Shown one piece after another: positions 39,081 to 47,760 of a DNA stretch of 64,000 bases (position 1 is its first letter; each line of letters starts with the position of its first letter). A model generated the notes under the pieces. That model did not search any database. It was not told the origin of the DNA and saw only the letters and a program-made list of their open reading frames with translations. Source of the stretch: Spirochaetota bacterium (GTDB lineage Bacteria; Spirochaetota; Brachyspiria; Brachyspirales; JACRPF01). The DNA is taken from NCBI GenBank assembly GCA_016214035.1, contig JACRPF010000011.1:129430-193429 (forward strand), read 5' to 3'. Made by a program: the position numbers and the translations under genes.

Positions 39081-40010
39081 ATGAAAACAATATTCCTCGG
39101 TTCAACCGATTTTACCCGTGTCTGTCTTGAAGCGGCCCTTGCCGCCGGTGCAGACATAGCGATGCTGATATGCCAGCCGGATACGAAAAAAGACCGGCAT
39201 GGCGGCATTGTGGAGCTTCCCGTCTCGGCATTCGCGCGCGAGCGGGGCATTCCGCTGCTGCAGCCGGAGAATATCAATGAGCCGGATGTGGTCTCGCAGA
39301 TCAAAGCGCTCTCGTCTGACCTTTTCGTGGTGGTGGCCTACGGCCAGATACTCAAACAGCCGGTGCTCGATATCCCTCGTCTGGGTGCGGTGAATGTACA
39401 CGCGTCGCTTCTTCCGAAATATCGCGGTGCGTCGCCCATCGAGCATGCGCTTCTGAACGGCGATGCGTTCACCGGTGTCACGCTTCAGAAAATTGCGCTG
39501 AAAATGGATGTGGGTGATATTGTCTCACAGGAAAAAATCACCATTGAGCCGTCATGGGATTATACATCGCTCTATGAAGCAGTGAAGCAGGCCGGCGCAC
39601 GTCTCGTGAAAGATCTGTACCGTGACCCCGCTGGCAGTATCGCCGCGGCTGTTGCGCAGAACGAGCATGACGCGAGCTACTGCTGGAAAGTAAAGAAAGA
39701 GGATGCGCATATCGATTGGACGCGGTCGGCAATTTCGATATGCAATATGGTGCGCGCGTATGCGCACTGGCCGGTGGCGTATACGGGATTTCGCGGAAAG
39801 ATGCTGAAAGTATATGCTGCAAAACCGGCCGATGATCGTCTTGAAAATACTCCGGTTGGTAGTATAATCGTCCACGCACGCAACAAACTCCTCGTGCAGA
39901 CCGGTGACGGCGTTCTTTCGCTCACCGAGGTGCAGTGGGAAGGCAAACGGCGGCAGACGGCGAAGGATTTTATCAATGGCGCTCGAATCGGACAAGAACA
40001 CCTGGCGTAG
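39081..40010 (+). CDS. fmt: methionyl-tRNA formyltransferase
   Basis: IFLGSTDF, VVVAYGQILK, NVHASLLPKYRGASPIEHALL. C-terminal beta-barrel domain. Confidence 0.92.
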   Translation: MKTIFLGSTDFTRVCLEAALAAGADIAMLICQPDTKKDRHGGIVELPVSAFARERGIPLLQPENINEPDVVSQIKALSSDLFVVVAYGQILKQPVLDIPRLGAVNVHASLLPKYRGASPIEHALLNGDAFTGVTLQKIALKMDVGDIVSQEKITIEPSWDYTSLYEAVKQAGARLVKDLYRDPAGSIAAAVAQNEHDASYCWKVKKEDAHIDWTRSAISICNMVRAYAHWPVAYTGFRGKMLKVYAAKPADDRLENTPVGSIIVHARNKLLVQTGDGVLSLTEVQWEGKRRQTAKDFINGARIGQEHLA

Positions 40011-41133
40011 CATACTGGAAAAGCGTATATCGTTCGCGGAACGCATACGCCGCTTCGGCAACGCGCTGCGTCACACCGCAACGATATTCATGCCGAAAGC
40101 GAAACAGGCATACGGCAAAGCGCTTGAAACGGTGCTGCCCGAATCGGTATCCTCGAGCCACGCCGACACCGCACGTTTCAAAAAAGCATTTTCGTTCTTT
40201 CTCGGCTATATATTCATCATACTCGCCCTGATCACCGTCATATCGACGCTTGCCGTACGAAAAGGCAAATCAGTGACGCTGCCGAAGGTCGAGAACCGCG
40301 ATATCATCGAAGGGACCGAAGAGCTCCGCAAGCATGGTTTTCCGGTGACCGTGGAAACGCGCGTTGTGCCGGGTAAAGAACGCGGTATTATCGTGAGCCA
40401 GACGCCGCGCGGCGGAAGCTTTGTGAAGAAAGGGCGTGTGGTGAAACTTTTCGTCAACCGCGGGTCCGCATTCGGTTTCATGCCGGCATTCGTGGGGACG
40501 AAGTATCTCACCGCGCTCACCGAGATAAGCAACACCATACTGAAACGCAACAGCAATGTCCGCATCGCTCCGCCGGTCTTCGTGATGAAGTCCGGCGTAG
40601 CCGGCGGTACCATCATGGAGCAGAGCCCGCCGGCGCGTGCCGAGATTGCGGATTATACCAGCATCTCCTTCGTGGTGAACGCTGCCAATTCAGGTGAAAA
40701 GATTGCGGTTGAGGATTATACGGGCAGAAATTTCACCGAGGTCCTGAGCCTGCTTGAGGCATCCGGTATTGTCGTGAACATCGCCTCCGAAGAGGTCACC
40801 GATAAAAAACTCGCCAACACGGTCATGTCGCAGTCCATGAAGACCGGCGAACTCAAACCGGGAGCGACGATCGATCTTACCGTCGGCATGCTCAAGCGCG
40901 ACGGGTACCGGCGCATGTCGGTGAGTTACAAGCGTTTCTTTTTCGATGCGCCGAACGACGAAAAGACATATACGCTCCGTGTCGAGCTGGCCGATAATTT
41001 CGGGACAACAGTGAAGTACAACAATAAAATAGCCGGCGGGGAGAAGGTAGCTTTCACCTATAGCGTATACGGCACGGGTACGCTGACGGTGTATCTCAAT
41101 GACCGGGAGTACGAGAAGAAGACCATAGAATAA
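39976..41133 (+). CDS. stand-alone PASTA-domain membrane protein
   Basis: ATG 39976 has AAGGA 9 nt upstream and overlaps the fmt end by 35 nt. One TM helix (FFLGYIFIILALITVISTLAV). Three PASTA-like repeats (LPKVENRD.., MPAFVGTKY.., VEDYTGRNF..). No kinase or PBP domain. Confidence 0.7.
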   Translation: MALESDKNTWRSILEKRISFAERIRRFGNALRHTATIFMPKAKQAYGKALETVLPESVSSSHADTARFKKAFSFFLGYIFIILALITVISTLAVRKGKSVTLPKVENRDIIEGTEELRKHGFPVTVETRVVPGKERGIIVSQTPRGGSFVKKGRVVKLFVNRGSAFGFMPAFVGTKYLTALTEISNTILKRNSNVRIAPPVFVMKSGVAGGTIMEQSPPARAEIADYTSISFVVNAANSGEKIAVEDYTGRNFTEVLSLLEASGIVVNIASEEVTDKKLANTVMSQSMKTGELKPGATIDLTVGMLKRDGYRRMSVSYKRFFFDAPNDEKTYTLRVELADNFGTTVKYNNKIAGGEKVAFTYSVYGTGTLTVYLNDREYEKKTIE

Positions 41134-41262
41134 GCGAGGGGTATCGGTATCAGGGTGAGGAAAAATACGCTTATAAAAAGCCGTAAAACGCCGAAAATAG
41201 AAGCAATAGCATGCGGGGCTGTACCCTGCGTGCCGAAACAAATGCTTTTACAAGGTGTTACC

Positions 41263-42063
41263 ATGGTACGAATAGCATGCAATGTGTGCGGATCTACCGA
41301 GACGGAACAGGTATATCACGCGGACCATCTCGGATATGAACGGTGCGTGAAATGCGGGCTTGTATACCGCAACCCGCAGCCGAGGTTCAACGATGTCGCC
41401 ACCATTTACAGCGACAATTATTTCGAATATGAGATCAGCAATCATGAGAACTTTTTCGGGCTCATGAAGAAGGGTCTCGCGGACATACGTTTTGACGAGA
41501 TTTCACGGAAATTCATACGCCGCCGCGTACTCGATATCGGCTGCGCAACGGGCCTTCTGCTCAATCACCTCAAGGAGCAGGGCTGGGATTCCTACGGCGT
41601 TGAGATCTGCCATGCATCTGCGCAGTATGCCATAGACACCTTCGATCTGAAGGTGTACGAATCAAAACTTGAGGACGTGCGGTTTCCCGGAGGATTTTTC
41701 GACGTGGTGCATCTGTCGCATCTTGTGGAGCATGTCATGCATCCGAAGTCGCTCATCGACGAGATCTACCACGTTCTCATGCCGGGCGGCTATATGATAC
41801 TCACCACGCCGAACATCGACGGTATCGCGGCTAAACTGTACGGTGATGACTGGCGCTGCGTCATGGATCAGCATCTGTATCTTTTTTCAAAACGCACGAT
41901 GAAGCGGCTGGTCGAAGATGCGGGATTCAAAGTGGTGCAGCAGCTGTCGTGGGGAAGTCTGCCGATCGAGAAGAATCCGTCGCCGTTCCTGAAGAAAATT
42001 ACCGATCGCCTGGTAAAACTATTGAACCTGGGCGACGTCATGCTGTTCCTGTGCGAAAAGTGA
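41263..42063 (+). CDS. class I SAM-dependent methyltransferase with N-terminal zinc ribbon
   Basis: ATG 41263 has AAGGTG 5 nt upstream. CNVCGS..CVKCG. Motif I VLDIGCATG. Methyltransf_11/23-like core. Confidence 0.75.
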   Translation: MVRIACNVCGSTETEQVYHADHLGYERCVKCGLVYRNPQPRFNDVATIYSDNYFEYEISNHENFFGLMKKGLADIRFDEISRKFIRRRVLDIGCATGLLLNHLKEQGWDSYGVEICHASAQYAIDTFDLKVYESKLEDVRFPGGFFDVVHLSHLVEHVMHPKSLIDEIYHVLMPGGYMILTTPNIDGIAAKLYGDDWRCVMDQHLYLFSKRTMKRLVEDAGFKVVQQLSWGSLPIEKNPSPFLKKITDRLVKLLNLGDVMLFLCEK

Positions 42064-42090
42064 TCGCCGGAAGCGGCGGGGGGAGAAACC

Positions 42091-43806
42091 GTGGGTGATG
42101 TAAAAGAACGCGAAGTAAAAGCCTCGCAATTCCAGTTCATGCTGGACCGCGAGAACAATATCAAGCATATCTATGAGATGATTCTCGAAGGCAAGTATGC
42201 GCCGGAACTGTTTTCCGCGCTCGCACGGAACTTCGTAAAACCGCAGGACCCGCTGCTCAAGGCGCTCGTGAAAGACCCCGCAATTAAGCCGGGCAAGGGC
42301 GCGCTGTTCGAAAAGGCGTCGGGACTCTACCGCGCCGACACGTACGGATTTGTGCATTATGAGGGGCTTGTTGCCGTTGAAGTGCTCCCGGTCGTATATC
42401 TGAATCCCGATCAGTCGCGGGCAATGCTCATACTGCCGCCGCAGGATAAAGTGCGCACGCCCGTGTATCTCGAGCATATCGTGACCATCATCAACGCGCT
42501 TGAAATAAAAACGCCCGTGGACCATGATGCGATATCGCAGGCGGTGCAGGCCTCGCTCAACGAGAATCGCGGCGTGGCTGCGGTTTTCGCCGAGGGTAAG
42601 GCTCCGCTGCACGGTAAAGTGGCGAAGGTCATCATTGATTACAGCTTCAAGGTGGATGCCGGCAAGGAAACGAAGGGCGGTAAGATTGATTTCCGTGAAC
42701 GCGGATTTGTGCATAACGTCCATGCCGGAGAAGTGATTGCGCATTATGATGAGGCGGTCGATCCGGTCAACGGTATGGATATCTACGGCAATATCATCAA
42801 GGCGTCGATGGACAAGGATCCGATATACCGTCTCGGCAAGAATGTCGAGGGGGATCAATACACCAAGGACATCATCGCCACCATTGACGGCATCATCAGT
42901 ATCGGCAACGGCGTGCTTTCGGTGTTCGACGGCACGGAGATAGCCAAGGATGTCGATTACGCCACCGGCAATATCGAGGCGCAGGGCTCCGTGGTCATCC
43001 GGGGCGGCATTACGCCCGGTTTCGTTGTCAAGGCGAAAGGCGACGTACTGGTGCACAATAATGTCGAGGACGCCGTCATTGAGAGCGCGGGGAACATCAT
43101 TGTTCTCGGCGGCATCATCGGCGGTGAGAAGAGCAGCATCAAGGCGCAGGGACATATCAAGGCGGGCTTCATCAGGAACGCGAAGATAGAGGCGTTCGGC
43201 GATGTCATCATCGAGCAGTCGGTGATGAACTCGGAGATAAAATCGGATGGACGCATCGTCTGCATCAGCGGCAAGGGCGTCATCATCGGCGGCAAGATGT
43301 CCGCAACGAGCGGCATATTCGCCAACATCATCGGCGCACCTTCGGGCACGCAGACCGAGCTCCTCGTGGGCAGAAGCCTCGGCGTCGAAGGACGCCTTAA
43401 GGAAATATACGAGTCTATCAAGAACGGCAAAGAGCAGATGAAAAAGATCAAGATGGCGCTCGGGGATGAATATTTTAAAAATCCCAAGGACTATCTCATG
43501 CGCCTGCCGCCGGCGAAGATACCGATGGTTAAGGAACTCCTTACCCAGGTGACCGAGATCATGAAAAAAAGCGGCGAGCTTGAGCTTGAGAAGAATCAGC
43601 TTCTCGATCAGGCGCATACGCAGTCAAAGTCGACCGTGTCCGCCATGCAGACGATATTCGAAGGCGTCACGATATTCATCAATCACCTCAAGCGTGTTGT
43701 CGAGAAAGAGATATCGGGCACCGAGTTTTACTATATGCAGGATTATGACGCCATCGGTGAGCGTGCGCCGCATCCATTGGATCCGAAAAAGTATTCACTG
43801 CAATAG
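42091..43806 (+). CDS. FapA-family (DUF342) protein
   Basis: GTG start after GGGGGAG. Beta-helix repeats (GNIEAQGSVVIRGGI, GDVLVHNNVEDAVIESAGNIIVLGGI, GHIKAGFIRNAKIEAFGDVIIE). C-terminal coiled coil. Confidence 0.75.
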   Translation: MGDVKEREVKASQFQFMLDRENNIKHIYEMILEGKYAPELFSALARNFVKPQDPLLKALVKDPAIKPGKGALFEKASGLYRADTYGFVHYEGLVAVEVLPVVYLNPDQSRAMLILPPQDKVRTPVYLEHIVTIINALEIKTPVDHDAISQAVQASLNENRGVAAVFAEGKAPLHGKVAKVIIDYSFKVDAGKETKGGKIDFRERGFVHNVHAGEVIAHYDEAVDPVNGMDIYGNIIKASMDKDPIYRLGKNVEGDQYTKDIIATIDGIISIGNGVLSVFDGTEIAKDVDYATGNIEAQGSVVIRGGITPGFVVKAKGDVLVHNNVEDAVIESAGNIIVLGGIIGGEKSSIKAQGHIKAGFIRNAKIEAFGDVIIEQSVMNSEIKSDGRIVCISGKGVIIGGKMSATSGIFANIIGAPSGTQTELLVGRSLGVEGRLKEIYESIKNGKEQMKKIKMALGDEYFKNPKDYLMRLPPAKIPMVKELLTQVTEIMKKSGELELEKNQLLDQAHTQSKSTVSAMQTIFEGVTIFINHLKRVVEKEISGTEFYYMQDYDAIGERAPHPLDPKKYSLQ

Positions 43807-43810
43807 GCTG

Positions 43811-43839
43811 TTCACAAAACGCCGTTTCCGTGATACAAT
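43811..43839 (+). promoter_or_regulatory. sigma70-type promoter (extended -10) placed to start transcription at the HAD gene ATG (candidate leaderless mRNA)
   Basis: TTCACA (43811-43816), 17-nt spacer, TGaTACAAT (-10 at 43834-43839). Only 6 nt (TCCGTC, no SD) before ATG 43846. Confidence 0.45.
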
Positions 43840-43845
43840 TCCGTC

Positions 43846-44634
43846 ATGGACATCGAACGGCTCAAACGCATACGCTGTTTTCTGCTCGACATGGACGGCA
43901 CCATCTATCTCGCCGGGCGTGTATTCCCGGAAACCGTGCCGTTCCTCGATATGCTGACGGATCGCAGCATACGCTATCTTTTTCTGACGAATAATTCATC
44001 ACTATCCGCCGGTGACTACCGGAAAAAACTCAAGAAGATGAGCATACCCGTGAGCAGTGACGGCGTATTCACCTCGGGCGATGCGACGGCGGTGTATCTG
44101 AAAAAACAGGGTGTGTCGCGTGTCTATCTGCTCGGCACCGGAAGTCTACGCCGAGACTTCAGGCGCTGCGGTATTGCGCACACCGAAAAGGATCCGGAGG
44201 CGGTAGTACTCGGTTTTGATCTCACGCTCACGTACGCAAAATTGAAAAAGGCGAACGATCTTATCTGTTCCGGCGTTCCGTTCTATGCGACGCACCCCGA
44301 CCTTGTGTGTCCGTTTCACCCCCATCCGCTGCCCGATGCGGGCGCGATGGCGAAACTGCTCGAGGCGTCCTCCGGCAAAACGCCCACGGTTATCGGCAAA
44401 CCATACGCCCCGATGGCCGATGCGCTCATTGAACGGTACGGACTGTCGCGCGGCGAAATCGCCATGGTGGGTGACCGCCTGTATACCGACATACGGTTCG
44501 GTACGCTCAACGGTTTCGCTTCCATACTCGTGTTAAGCGGCGAGACAACGCGCGCTATGGCCGACGCGGGCGACATACGGCCGGATTATATCTTCGACGA
44601 CATCGGCGCGCTCGGAAAAGCGATAGCAACATGA
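43846..44634 (+). CDS. HAD-IIA family hydrolase (NagD-like sugar/nucleotide phosphatase)
   Basis: FLLDMDGTIY (DxDGT), FLTNNSS, GKPY, VGDRLYTDI. Confidence 0.82.
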   Translation: MDIERLKRIRCFLLDMDGTIYLAGRVFPETVPFLDMLTDRSIRYLFLTNNSSLSAGDYRKKLKKMSIPVSSDGVFTSGDATAVYLKKQGVSRVYLLGTGSLRRDFRRCGIAHTEKDPEAVVLGFDLTLTYAKLKKANDLICSGVPFYATHPDLVCPFHPHPLPDAGAMAKLLEASSGKTPTVIGKPYAPMADALIERYGLSRGEIAMVGDRLYTDIRFGTLNGFASILVLSGETTRAMADAGDIRPDYIFDDIGALGKAIAT

Positions 44635-46208
44635 AGTTATACCGCATCATCGACGCGAACGTGAACCGTCTGCGCGAGGGGCTTCGCGTCATCGAGGATA
44701 TCGCACGGTATCAGTATGATGACCAGCGGGTGTTTGCGGCGATAAAACATATGCGGCATGACATCGAAGCGATTACGTCAGGGATTGATCACGAGCTTTT
44801 GTCGGCGCGTGCAAGCGATGATGACGTAGGCCGTGCCACGCTGACGGACAGCGAGCATCGCCGCGCGGGTGTGGCGCATCTTTTGCGCGCGAATTGTATC
44901 CGTGCCCAGGAAGCGGCGCGCGTGCTTGAGGAGACGCTGAAGACGGTTGCCGCGGAGAAAAGTGAACGGGCAAAGACGATACGATTTGCGCTCTATGCAC
45001 TTGAAAAGAAGCTGCTGTTGTCAGCATCTGCGGGTACGGCATCATCTAAAACCGGCATGACGATAGGCATCAATGCCGCATGTCTGGCCGAACCGCATAC
45101 CAGTTTCGGGCGATATCTCGGAACGGTGCTTCCCTGGCTTGTTTCGCAGAACAAAAAAAACAAATTCATTCTGTTCACACCGAAAACGCTTGACCTGTCC
45201 CCGGTTATCCGCGGGGCAAAAAACGTGCGTGTTGTCGTTATCGGGGATGCATCGCTTGCCGTTTCCCGCCGCGCATGGGATATCTCCTTCACGGAAACCG
45301 ATGTCTTCAACGCCGCAGCTGTTGATGTGCTTTTCGTTCCGGTGAACACGCCGCCGCGTATGAAGCACAAGAACTGCCGGCTTGTCATGACGATACATGA
45401 TGTCATACCGCTTATGGCGCTCCATATTCCGTCGGTGGTGCGGGACAGGGCGCTCCTTGAAAGTTTTTCCGGCGGTGCATATCGCGCGTTCAAAGACGAT
45501 ATGCATGCCGCGAGGCAGGCTGACAGCATCATCACCGTGAGCGAGTTTTCACGGCAGGCAATTATAGAGGTGGCGAAACTTCCGGCACAGCGCATCAGCG
45601 TCATTCATAACGCGGTTGACGCAAAACTTTTCTCAGCCCGTTCGAAACGGCAGATCGCCGACCCCTACATACTTTTCGTCGGCGGCATCGGGAAACGGAA
45701 AAATCTGGCGGGCGTGCTTGCGGCGTATCGCGGACTTCCGGATGAACTGAAACGAACATATAGACTCGTGGTCACCGGTCCGATCGCCGGCACCAGATAT
45801 GATCGTATGATCGACACGTACGGCATCCGTGATCGTGTGGTATTCTTTCCCCGTCCCGACACCGCGGCGCTGTCGTCGCTGTACCGTAATGCGCATGTAT
45901 TCGTTTTTCCGTCATTTGCCGAGGGGTTCGGTCTTCCGCCCGTCGAGGCGTTCGCTGCCGGCGTTCCCGTTGTCGTGAGCGACCGGACATCGCTCAGGGA
46001 AGTCACCGGCGGATTCGGGTTTTACTGTAATCCCTACAGCACGAGGACGATCACCGATGCGCTCGTGAAAGCATGTACACTTCCGGCGGGGGAACGCAGC
46101 AGCCGTATACAATCGGCACGGCGGTTTGTTCTTGAAAAATATGCGCCGGAAAAGATAGCGCGAGAGATAGGCGCGGTATTGAACGAAGGACCGTTTATTT
46201 CAGCGTGA
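44631..46208 (+). CDS. fusion protein: ThiE-N-terminal-like helical domain (aa 1 to about 140) plus GT4 glycosyltransferase
   Basis: The ATG overlaps the HAD stop (ATGA). N-domain RIIDANVNRLREGLRVIEDIARY. From Met143 (nt 45057) a typical GT4: MTIGINAA..FGRY, then EGFGLPPVEAFAAGVPVV. One continuous frame with no internal stop. Confidence 0.7.
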   Translation: MKLYRIIDANVNRLREGLRVIEDIARYQYDDQRVFAAIKHMRHDIEAITSGIDHELLSARASDDDVGRATLTDSEHRRAGVAHLLRANCIRAQEAARVLEETLKTVAAEKSERAKTIRFALYALEKKLLLSASAGTASSKTGMTIGINAACLAEPHTSFGRYLGTVLPWLVSQNKKNKFILFTPKTLDLSPVIRGAKNVRVVVIGDASLAVSRRAWDISFTETDVFNAAAVDVLFVPVNTPPRMKHKNCRLVMTIHDVIPLMALHIPSVVRDRALLESFSGGAYRAFKDDMHAARQADSIITVSEFSRQAIIEVAKLPAQRISVIHNAVDAKLFSARSKRQIADPYILFVGGIGKRKNLAGVLAAYRGLPDELKRTYRLVVTGPIAGTRYDRMIDTYGIRDRVVFFPRPDTAALSSLYRNAHVFVFPSFAEGFGLPPVEAFAAGVPVVVSDRTSLREVTGGFGFYCNPYSTRTITDALVKACTLPAGERSSRIQSARRFVLEKYAPEKIAREIGAVLNEGPFISA

Positions 46209-47064
46209 TGATACGTTCCCATTTCGGGGGGACATAACGGCCTGTGCTTGCGGTGCGTTCGCCGGAATCATCAAGGGCATCGACTTCGGCAAACAGGATA
46301 TACGATCCTTTTTTGAGGGCACGCTGTTTCACATCGCAGGCGTTCCACAGGAACTGTGTCTGCGCCCGGTTATGCAGGCAGTACATCTTTTTCATGTCAT
46401 ACACCAGATCGCGGGTGAGTATTTTTTTACCAGACACACGGCGCGCGTAGATACGCACATTAATATATTTGACCGCTGACGGGACAGCCGCGGAAATAGT
46501 GATGAGGAGCGGCGTTTCTTTTGTGACTGAAAAATGTTTGTTGTAGTTGATGATGAAATCGGTGATGACGGGTTTTGTATCTGAGACGGCCGGAACTGCC
46601 GCCGGCTCAACGGCGGATGCGGGACGGACGTGCGGTTTAACCGTGCGTTTAATCGCGGGTTTCGGCCCGGCACTTTTTTTCTGAACTGATGCGGATGCGG
46701 CATCATGCTTCGGCAGTACGGACGCGGCGACCGGTTCTTCCGGTTCGACGGCCGCCTTTTTCGAAGTGATATCTGGCGTAACAGTCACGACCGCGTTTGA
46801 CGCGGGCGTAACGATTTCAACGGTACTGGTACCTGCGGTGTTTGTCGCATCCGGTGAAAGGTACAGATATTTTTCAGCATTTGTTGACGGCGGCGGAATG
46901 GCGACATCGCCGTCCGGTGTGAGCGCATTGGTAACGACATCATCGGCCATGGAAAGTTTGTTCTTCGATTTGCGCATGTCGTTCACAAGCAGAAATATGA
47001 GGAGACCGATGCCGATTACCAGCACAATGACGATGGGAATTCCGAACTTTTTTATGTTGTCCAT
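46195..47064 (-). CDS. membrane-anchored hypothetical protein with Pro/Ala/Val-rich linker and Ig-like C-terminal domain
   Basis: N-terminal TM helix FGIPIVIVLVIGIGLLIFLLV and a low-complexity middle. The C-terminus (FLWNACDVKQRALKKGSYILFAEV) is beta-sandwich-like. Confidence 0.5.
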   Translation of the reverse strand: MDNIKKFGIPIVIVLVIGIGLLIFLLVNDMRKSKNKLSMADDVVTNALTPDGDVAIPPPSTNAEKYLYLSPDATNTAGTSTVEIVTPASNAVVTVTPDITSKKAAVEPEEPVAASVLPKHDAASASVQKKSAGPKPAIKRTVKPHVRPASAVEPAAVPAVSDTKPVITDFIINYNKHFSVTKETPLLITISAAVPSAVKYINVRIYARRVSGKKILTRDLVYDMKKMYCLHNRAQTQFLWNACDVKQRALKKGSYILFAEVDALDDSGERTASTGRYVPPKWERIITLK

Positions 47065-47136
47065 ACAGCGCGTCCGTTGAATGTTTATACTGTTATTATC
47101 GGTAGAAAATACAGAATACTTGATGAATTTCGGCGT

Positions 47137-47760
47137 CTATCCGAGCTTTTCGCTGAGCATGCGCATGAATACGGTATAGTCGTTTGCCACGGGTATTGCC
47201 GGGTATTCACGGGTGATGCTTGCCGGCGGTTTGAAGAAAATGCCCGCATCGGCGGTGGTTATCATGCCTACGTCGTTGTAGGAATCACCCGCGGCGACGA
47301 CGCGGAACCCGATGGACTTGAGTGCAGCAACGGCCTTTGTCTTGCCGTCGGGCTGTCTGAGCCGGTAACCGGTTATCATATTGGCGTTGTCGACGGTGAG
47401 CGTATTACAGAAAAGTGTAGGCCATCGGAGTTTCTGCATGAGCGGGCGGGCGAATTCGGTGAATGTGTCGGACAGTATGACCACCTGTGTCTTCGCGCGG
47501 AGGCCTTCAAGGAAATCGAGCGCACCCGGAAGCGGATCGATAGCGGCGATGACGTTCTGAATGTCGAGAAGCGTGAGTTTATGCTCGTTGAGAATGGCGA
47601 TGCGCCCCTGCATAAGCCGGTCATAGTCGGGGATATCGCGCGTGGTGAGCATGAGCTTTTCAATGCCGGTGGTCTTTGCAACGCCGATCCATATCTCCGG
47701 CACGAGCACGCCTTCAAGGTCGAGGCAGACGACTGATAATCCGTTGGCCATATCGTTCAC
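47137..47760 (-). CDS. thrH: phosphoserine phosphatase / homoserine phosphotransferase ThrH
   Basis: Colinear with recalled P. aeruginosa ThrH: CLDLEGVLVPEIWI, TTRDIPDYD, VVILSDTF, AAGDSYND. The ATG overlaps the upstream stop (ATGA). Confidence 0.85.
   Translation of the reverse strand: MNDMANGLSVVCLDLEGVLVPEIWIGVAKTTGIEKLMLTTRDIPDYDRLMQGRIAILNEHKLTLLDIQNVIAAIDPLPGALDFLEGLRAKTQVVILSDTFTEFARPLMQKLRWPTLFCNTLTVDNANMITGYRLRQPDGKTKAVAALKSIGFRVVAAGDSYNDVGMITTADAGIFFKPPASITREYPAIPVANDYTVFMRMLSEKLG

Noticed and set aside
42019-43617. 532-aa ORF on the minus strand
   Set aside because: It is antisense to the recognisable FapA/DUF342 gene. The translation is Arg/His/Asp/Leu-rich low complexity with no motif. 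This is a typical shadow ORF of a GC-rich repeat-containing gene.
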